A stretch of DNA of 64,000 bases. It comes from an uncultured Legionellales bacterium (lineage in GTDB: Bacteria; Pseudomonadota; Gammaproteobacteria; JAHCLG01). The notes under the pieces were generated by a model. That model was not told the origin of the DNA. It was given only the letters and a program-made list of their open reading frames with translations, and ran no database searches. The translations under genes were made by a program, and so were the position numbers. This document shows, piece after piece, positions 57,932 to 64,000 of the stretch. Each line of letters starts with the position of its first letter. The first letter of the stretch is position 1. The stretch spans positions 7,869-71,868 of the forward strand of contig CAYGUK010000003.1 of the NCBI GenBank assembly GCA_964352985.1, written 5' to 3'.

Positions 57932-58570
57932 ATGAAACGGATTATACTAATTATTTTATTTCTTCCATTAACGGCATTAGCCGCATTTCAATTAAATAAT
58001 TCAACATTACATCAACAGATAAACAGCCCTCCTACTATTGATACTCAATCATCACAACCAGAACAAAATGAAATATTACAAAATGAACAATTAGGTGAAT
58101 TAGCCAATCCCCTTTATTCAGATGGTTTTATTACACACTGGGCGCAAAAGGCTGCAGCGATCCCATATAATTTTGATTATAAAGAGTATCAAAAACAAAT
58201 TGCTTATGCCTCGAGCTATTTTACTGAAAATGGCTGGCAGGATTTTCAAACTACGTTAGCTCGATTCGGTGATGAAAAAACGATTGAAAAATATAAAGTG
58301 CGTGTATCTGGTCGTGTTAGAGGCCGCGTGGTTATTCTTAATAAAGGTGTGTTAAATGGTATTTATACTTGGAAAGTAACATTACAAATGGGCGTGGTTT
58401 ATAGTGATAGCTTCAAGACAAGACGTTCATCACTATTAGTCACGTTAATGTTACAACGTGCTCCAACCGAACACACTCATGATGGTTTAGTGATAACATC
58501 GTATCTTACTACAATACGGTCTGTAGTTCAGAATAAACAGAATATTCACCTGGCAAACAATAGTCATTAA
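57932..58570 (+). CDS. Secreted protein with weak resemblance to the IcmL/DotI family
   Basis: 212 aa with a signal peptide. The central block FTENGWQDFQ...GRVVILNKGVLNGIYTWKVTLQMGVVY recalls the IcmL-like pattern (FT..GW..F ... G.Y.W.V..P) from memory only. Confidence 0.5.
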   Translation: MKRIILIILFLPLTALAAFQLNNSTLHQQINSPPTIDTQSSQPEQNEILQNEQLGELANPLYSDGFITHWAQKAAAIPYNFDYKEYQKQIAYASSYFTENGWQDFQTTLARFGDEKTIEKYKVRVSGRVRGRVVILNKGVLNGIYTWKVTLQMGVVYSDSFKTRRSSLLVTLMLQRAPTEHTHDGLVITSYLTTIRSVVQNKQNIHLANNSH

Positions 58571-58572
58571 TC

Positions 58573-59337
58573 ATGCTGGATTTTGTTAAGGCGGCTATTT
58601 TACCACCTGGTTTAAATATTATTATATTTATTTTAGGCGCGTTATTTTTTTGGCGTAAATTTAAAAAAATTGGTATTTCGTTAATTGTTTTAGCATGTGT
58701 CACACTTTATGCGTTTACCACACCACTTATTGCGGAATTATTGGTGCTGCCCTTATCAAAAGACTTTCCTGCATTGCACTTGCAAAGTTTAACTGAATCA
58801 GAAAATGCGGGTGCTATAGTTGTGCTTTCATCAGGTCGAATTCCCGCGCCAGAATATAATGGGATGACGGTTTCCCCAACGACATTAGTACGATTACGTT
58901 ACGCTGCAAGATTAGCTCGCGTGACAAAATTGCCGATTCTTGTATCTGGCGGTACGGATTATCAAGGTCGAGAAGCAGAAGCGGTATTAATGCAACAAGT
59001 GTTAGAAAAAGATTTTCTAGTGCCGGTACGCTGGGCTGAATTACGTTCACAAAATACTTATGAAAACGCAAAATATTGCGCCAGAATTTTACATAATCAC
59101 GGAATTAAAACGATATTTTTGGTAACAAATGCTTGGCATATGCGACGAGCAGTTTACTCATTTAATTTATTTCATATTCATGTAATCCCTGCGCCAACAG
59201 GCTATAGCCAATATTTTATTGGGAGTAATTTTTCTAGAATATTACCTGATGTTGCAGCGTTGCGATTGTCGAGAATTGCACTTCACGAATATATTGGATT
59301 ACTGTGGTATAAATTCGCTTACTCAGAAGTTAATTAG
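58573..59337 (+). CDS. DUF218 (YdcF/ElyC/SanA-like) family protein
   Basis: Two N-terminal TM helices, then AIVVLSSGRI ... FLVTNAWHMRRAVYSF matching DUF218 conserved blocks. Start is 2 bp after the preceding gene. Confidence 0.65.
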   Translation: MLDFVKAAILPPGLNIIIFILGALFFWRKFKKIGISLIVLACVTLYAFTTPLIAELLVLPLSKDFPALHLQSLTESENAGAIVVLSSGRIPAPEYNGMTVSPTTLVRLRYAARLARVTKLPILVSGGTDYQGREAEAVLMQQVLEKDFLVPVRWAELRSQNTYENAKYCARILHNHGIKTIFLVTNAWHMRRAVYSFNLFHIHVIPAPTGYSQYFIGSNFSRILPDVAALRLSRIALHEYIGLLWYKFAYSEVN

Positions 59338-59965
59338 ATTTAGTTGGTTTATGTCGATGATGACTATTTGCTTGATTTTGCAATATAGCCCGGCGTAATT
59401 TTTCGAGTTTATTCACGGCACAGGTATTCCCCCAGGTGAAAAAAGAACTTCTATGTGTTGAAAATATAGGCCGTTTAATTTGCACATCAATCAATTTTAC
59501 AGCGTCATCGCTATTCAAAGAGTCAACATCACTAATTATTTGATTTAGGGCGAGGGATCTAATTTTCCCTTTTAACTGATAGATGTCATCATCATTATTG
59601 TCGAGCGAATATAAATATTTTAAAAAAGGTTCATTTGTTATAACCTGTTTTGCAATGACTTCAATCGAATTTCCAGAGAGAAAATGTTTTAGAATGTTTA
59701 GCAAAAATTCATTTTGTTCTAATTTTAGCGCTTGTTTAATAGTGAATATGTCATGCTTATGAGTTAATTGATTATTTATTTCGATTAACTCATCTAATAA
59801 TTTAATAGCAGGGTCGAATGTTTCATTAAATTCAATAATTAAAGTCAAATTAGAAAAAAGATTGTAGTTAAAATTTTCAGGATAACAAACAAAATATCGA
59901 ATAAAAAGTTGAACCCATTCCATCTTATATTTTCTATTTAATAATTTAGAACGGCGTTGCTGCAT
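59330..59965 (-). CDS. Hypothetical protein (211 aa)
   Basis: ORF with no recognisable domain. Overlaps the transposase remnant at its 5' end. Confidence 0.45.
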   Translation of the reverse strand: MQQRRSKLLNRKYKMEWVQLFIRYFVCYPENFNYNLFSNLTLIIEFNETFDPAIKLLDELIEINNQLTHKHDIFTIKQALKLEQNEFLLNILKHFLSGNSIEVIAKQVITNEPFLKYLYSLDNNDDDIYQLKGKIRSLALNQIISDVDSLNSDDAVKLIDVQIKRPIFSTHRSSFFTWGNTCAVNKLEKLRRAILQNQANSHHRHKPTKSN

Positions 59966-60221
59966 TTATAATTAGAGCACTTTCGATTGCTATATCTGAA
60001 TAGATTTTTGGGCGCCCCTTCAATCCCAATGATGACGTTTCATTCCATGATGCTATACTTTTTTCATCTAACCAAATATTAATACTTCCCCGGTTGATTA
60101 ATGCTTTGATATAATCTGACCAGTTACGAACACGATATGATGCCTTTGTTGTCATAAAAATCCTTGTGTTAATCATTTTGATTGGCGTTAAAAAGGTTAA
60201 CTGATTTTTATTCATTTTCAA
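59946..60221 (-). pseudogene. IS5-family (IS903-group) transposase N-terminal fragment (remnant)
   Basis: 91-aa ORF YRVRNWSDYIKALINRGSINIWLDEKSIASW...GLKGRPKIYSDIAIESAL aligns with the IS903 transposase N-terminus (KITNWSTYNKALINRGSLTFWLDDEAIQAW...RGRPQRYSDLAI). No DDE domain follows and no inverted repeat was recognised. Confidence 0.7.
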
Positions 60222-60317
60222 TCGCTTATCTTTCTTTGTTCGTAACTATTTATTTTTGCAACAACGCCATTTCAAACTGAAGATATATTTGCTGACTCTG
60301 ATTATAATAAACGTAAC

Positions 60318-63300
60318 TTACATGTTTCGTCGATATTCACCACCAACCGCGTAAAGCGCATCCGCTATTTGTCCGAGTGAGCAGGATTTTACTGTTTCCA
60401 TTAATTCAGCAAAAATATTGCCGTTATTAATAACAACCTGTTGAAGTTTCTTTAATGCCTTTGCGGATTCATTATGGTGTTTTTGTTGAAAAGAGTGTAA
60501 TCGTTTAATTTGTGATTGCTTTTCTTCTTCAGTACCGCGACGTAATTCAACTTTAGAAATTTCTTCTTCTAAGTTACTGTCAGGGTTAATAAAGGTATTT
60601 ACGCCTACAATCGGATATTCGCCGGTTACTTTTTTTCGTTCGTAGTAAATCGATTCTTCTTGAATTTTACTCCGTTGATAACCACGTTCCATTGCGCCTA
60701 ACACACCACCACGTTCACTAATACGTTCGAACTCTTGTAATATCGCTTCTTCAACTAAGTCGGTTAATTCTTCTATGATAAATGAACCTTGAGTGGCATT
60801 TTCATTTTTATATAAACCATATTCGCGATTTATTATTAATTGAATAGCTAATGCTCTTCGCACGGATTCTTCTGTGGGGGTGGTGATGGCTTCATCAAAT
60901 GAATTCGTGTGTAATGAATTACAGTTATCATATAAAGCGGTTAACGCTTCAAGTGTTGTCCGAATATCATTAAATTGAATTTCTTGCGCATGTAAAGAAC
61001 GCCCTGAAGTTTGGATATGTGCCTTTAATTTTTGCGAACGACTATTACCAAAATAACGATGCTTTAGTGCAATCGACCAAATTCTTCTGGCGACACGATT
61101 AATCACGGCATATTCAGGATCCATTGATAATGAAAAGAAAAATGATAAATTTGGGGCGAAATCATTAATATCCATCCCGCGTGCTAAGTAATACTCAACA
61201 AAAGTAAAACCATTTGAAAGCGTAAAGGCGGCTTGTGAAATCGGATTAGCACCTGCTTCTGCAATATGGTAACCAGAAATAGAAACAGAATAAAAATTAC
61301 GAATAGCATGTTGAATAAAATATTCTTGAATATCACCCATCATTTTTAAAGCAAAATCGATAGCGAAAATACAGGTATTTTGCCCTTGATCTTCTTTTAA
61401 GATATCCGCTTGCACGGTGCCGCGCACGGAAGTTAACGCATGCGCTTTAATGGTTTGATATTCTTCTGCATTGGGTTGGCGCTGATGTTCAGCATTAAAT
61501 TTAACACACTGTTGTTCAATTGCAGTATTTAAAAAGAAAGCTAAAATAATTGGAGCAGGTCCATTAATCGTCATCGAAACACTGTTATTCGGCGCACATA
61601 AATCAAAGCCATCATAAAGCACTTGCATATCTTCTAAAGTACAAATCGATACACCACTAGTGCCAATTTTGCCGTAAATATCAGGTCTCGGATCGGGATC
61701 ACAACCATATAGTGTGACAGAATCAAACGCTGTTGATAATCTTTTTGCAGGTGAATTTTTGGATAAATATTTAAATCGCTCATTGGTTCTATAGGCATCA
61801 CCTTCGCCGGCAAACATACGTGTTGGATCTTCATCACTGCGTCTAAATGGAAAGACTCCTGCGGTAAATGGAAAATAACCTGGCACGTTTTCTTTTAATA
61901 CCCAGCGTAAAATGTCGCCTGGATTTTGATATTTGGGTAAACAGATTTTTTTAATATTTGTCCCCGATAACGATTGTGTTGTTAACGGCACACGAAATTC
62001 TTTATCACGAATTTTATAAACAAATTCGTCACCAGCGTAACTTTGAGACAACTCATGATAATCATTTAGCGCAGTTAAGCTGCTATTTTCAATTTGATTT
62101 GAAATTTCTTTTATTTTAGTAGAGATGTCTTGATGTTCACCGAGTAATTTATTGGCTTCTGACAATTGCCATTGTTGTTGGATAAGCGTTGCTTGCTCTT
62201 CAACCTTGCTATGATACTGGCGAATAGTGCGTGCGATATCGGCGAGATATTGTAATCTTTCACCAGGGATCACCACATCTTGACTGGTTGAAACTTGCGA
62301 AGTTGCGGCTGGATAGTGTGATTGCCAATCATATTTTTTTAAATCATTTATGGCGTTGATAATGGCTTGATACAAAGCAGTCACCCCATCATCATTATAT
62401 TTTGCGGCAATCGTGCCATAAACCGGCATGGTTTTTGGATCTTGATCGAATAATTTATGATTACGTTGATATTGTTTTCTCACATCACGCACAGCATCGA
62501 TTGATCCTTTACGTTCATATTTATTAATTGCAATGAAATCAGCAAAATCAATCATATCAATTTTTTCTAATTGCGATTGCGCACCAAAGTCAGCGGTCAT
62601 CACATATAAAGTTCTATCGACCAATGGTACGATTGCCGCATCACCTTGACCAATTCCTGCAGTTTCAACAAGGATTAAATCAAATTGGGCGAGTTTACAT
62701 AACGTAATACAATCTTGTAGCGCATTTGATAATTCTGTACCGGTATTTCGCGTAGCGAGTGATCGCATATAAGTTTGTGGATTTTTAAGCGAATTCATGC
62801 GAATTCTATCGCCTAATAACGCGCCACCTGTTCGCCGTCTTGACGGATCGACAGATAGAATGGCAATCGATTTTTCAGGAAAGTCGTGATTAAATCTTAA
62901 AACGATTTCATCCACTAACGAGGATTTTCCCGCACCGCCTGTGCCAGTAATACCAATTACAGGTGGTGGATTATCGAGTTTTTGTTGTAACAGGTTCTGT
63001 AGAGGTTTTGGTAATTCGTGTCCTTTGTCTTTGCTTTCTTCAATAGCTGTGATGGCTCGTGCAATAAAAGAATGATGGTGATGCGTTAATTCTTTTTGAT
63101 CATAATTAATATCGAGGTTTGGGATGAAATCAGCGGTTGTGATCAAATGATTGATCATCCCTTGTAATCCATCGTGTTGGCCATCACCTGGCGAAAAGAT
63201 TTTAGTGACACCAAAACTTTCGATAAGTTTAATTTCCTCGGGGACGATAACACCACCGCCGCCGCCAAACACTTTAATATTGGCATTCGCTTCATTGAGT

Positions 63301-63557
63301 AACTCCATCATGTAACGAAAATATTCGACATGACCACCTTGATAGGAACTCACGGCAATAGCTTGCGCATCTTCTTGAATCGCGGCGCGAACCACATCTT
63401 GTACCGAACGGTTATGACCTAGATGAATAATTTCAGCACCGGTATCTTGCATGATCCTGCGCATAATATTGATTGCGGCATCATGGCCATCGAACAAAGA
63501 TGTAGCTGTAATAATTCGGATATGATTTTTTGGTTTGTAAGCTGCCGCTGGTTGCAT
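60318..63557 (-). CDS. icmF: Fused isobutyryl-CoA mutase (B12-binding domain + MeaB-like GTPase + mutase catalytic domain)
   Basis: 1079 aa with an N-terminal B12-binding domain ([15 protein letters not shown]...), a P-loop [14 protein letters not shown]-protein domain, and a C-terminal methylmalonyl-CoA-mutase-family TIM barrel. Confidence 0.9.
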   Translation of the reverse strand: MQPAAAYKPKNHIRIITATSLFDGHDAAINIMRRIMQDTGAEIIHLGHNRSVQDVVRAAIQEDAQAIAVSSYQGGHVEYFRYMMELLNEANANIKVFGGGGGVIVPEEIKLIESFGVTKIFSPGDGQHDGLQGMINHLITTADFIPNLDINYDQKELTHHHHSFIARAITAIEESKDKGHELPKPLQNLLQQKLDNPPPVIGITGTGGAGKSSLVDEIVLRFNHDFPEKSIAILSVDPSRRRTGGALLGDRIRMNSLKNPQTYMRSLATRNTGTELSNALQDCITLCKLAQFDLILVETAGIGQGDAAIVPLVDRTLYVMTADFGAQSQLEKIDMIDFADFIAINKYERKGSIDAVRDVRKQYQRNHKLFDQDPKTMPVYGTIAAKYNDDGVTALYQAIINAINDLKKYDWQSHYPAATSQVSTSQDVVIPGERLQYLADIARTIRQYHSKVEEQATLIQQQWQLSEANKLLGEHQDISTKIKEISNQIENSSLTALNDYHELSQSYAGDEFVYKIRDKEFRVPLTTQSLSGTNIKKICLPKYQNPGDILRWVLKENVPGYFPFTAGVFPFRRSDEDPTRMFAGEGDAYRTNERFKYLSKNSPAKRLSTAFDSVTLYGCDPDPRPDIYGKIGTSGVSICTLEDMQVLYDGFDLCAPNNSVSMTINGPAPIILAFFLNTAIEQQCVKFNAEHQRQPNAEEYQTIKAHALTSVRGTVQADILKEDQGQNTCIFAIDFALKMMGDIQEYFIQHAIRNFYSVSISGYHIAEAGANPISQAAFTLSNGFTFVEYYLARGMDINDFAPNLSFFFSLSMDPEYAVINRVARRIWSIALKHRYFGNSRSQKLKAHIQTSGRSLHAQEIQFNDIRTTLEALTALYDNCNSLHTNSFDEAITTPTEESVRRALAIQLIINREYGLYKNENATQGSFIIEELTDLVEEAILQEFERISERGGVLGAMERGYQRSKIQEESIYYERKKVTGEYPIVGVNTFINPDSNLEEEISKVELRRGTEEEKQSQIKRLHSFQQKHHNESAKALKKLQQVVINNGNIFAELMETVKSCSLGQIADALYAVGGEYRRNM

Positions 63558-63841
63558 TGTTTTTCCAATTCATCTTTAAAAGTGCGGCTATTCTAGCAGA
63601 TTATGTGCAAACTCAAAAAAAATCACACGATAAAGTCGAAAGATTAGGGTGTGAAAGTAACGCTTTTGTGCCGATATGATGTTGCGCAATTGAATAAAGA
63701 GATGTTTTCCCCTTCCGTCTCAAATTTTGGAGAAGATCAAAAACTAAATCAGCAATATTTATAGTTATCTAAGCACAGCGCTTGACAGTGACTCAGAGGA
63801 TAATTAGGGTTAAGCGTTAAATTTTAATTAAGGATATATTT

Positions 63842-64000
63842 ATGAAACCAATCAAAATGATGACTTGTATTATTGGCTTGTTGTTCGCCATCAGTGCGTT
63901 GGCAACGACAGCTTCTTTTACCCCAGAGCAAACTAAAGCTATCGAAAAAATTGTTCATAATTACCTGGTAAATCATCCAGAAGTATTAGTCGAAGCGTCG
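63842..64000 (+). CDS. DsbA-family thiol:disulfide oxidoreductase (Com1/DsbA2-like), 5' part only
   Basis: MKPIKMMTCIIGLLFAISALA signal peptide followed by TPEQTKAIEKIVHNYLVNHPEVLVEAS, typical of Com1-like DsbA N-termini. Runs off the window end. Confidence 0.6.
   Translation, partial: MKPIKMMTCIIGLLFAISALATTASFTPEQTKAIEKIVHNYLVNHPEVLVEAS

Noticed and set aside
37424-61837. Remaining short nested ORFs (37424-37660, 41165-41356, 41898-42086, 43012-43263, 45130-45321, 45530-45745, 46000-46209, 48988-49170, 50504-50725, 53156-53392, 54273-54509, 57193-57426, 58509-58703, 58814-59071, 61634-61837)
   Set aside because: Each lies inside or antisense to a longer gene with clear family signatures. 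None has a plausible RBS plus domain.

Overview
Low-GC (roughly mid-30s % by eye) gammaproteobacterial chromosome segment spanning the replication-origin neighbourhood. The left ~21 kb is almost entirely minus-strand: ATP synthase operon atpI-B-E-F-H-A-G-D (atpD runs off the window start), a CPT-family kinase/MFS transporter pair, feoABC, a family-4 uracil-DNA glycosylase, parB-parA-rsmG-mnmG, a small RRM protein, and mnmE-yidC-yidD-rnpA-rpmH. A 759-bp AT-rich gap carrying two perfect DnaA boxes (candidate oriC / dnaA promoter) is followed by plus-strand dnaA-dnaN-recF-gyrB. The strand switch at this gap supports placing the origin there. The right ~36 kb mixes core and accessory genes: a LuxR-family regulator; an LRAT/PLAAT-like His-His-Cys acyltransferase with a polytopic C-terminus; an ankyrin-repeat protein with a KKRRR NLS-like patch; a YdgA-like protein; an aldehyde dehydrogenase; a PCu(A)C-like protein; a TetR/MFS pair; several small orphan genes; a cobalamin riboswitch driving a btuB-like TonB-dependent receptor plus a minimal TonB; GST; lepB; a gamma carbonic anhydrase; gor; a cNMP-binding patatin-like phospholipase; metK-ahcY-rsmE; an XRE-cupin regulator divergent from yqhD; two large adjacent orphan proteins; an operon with a hotdog thioesterase, an IcmL/DotI-like secreted protein and a DUF218 protein; an IS903-group transposase remnant; the fused isobutyryl-CoA mutase icmF; and the start of a Com1/DsbA-like gene. 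The gene content (ankyrin protein, eukaryotic-like LRAT domain, IcmL-like protein, Com1-like DsbA) and the gene order suggest an intracellular Legionellales-type organism; this is inference only. No rRNA, tRNA or CRISPR array was seen. All protein-family calls come from motif and pattern recognition on the supplied translations, not from database searches.
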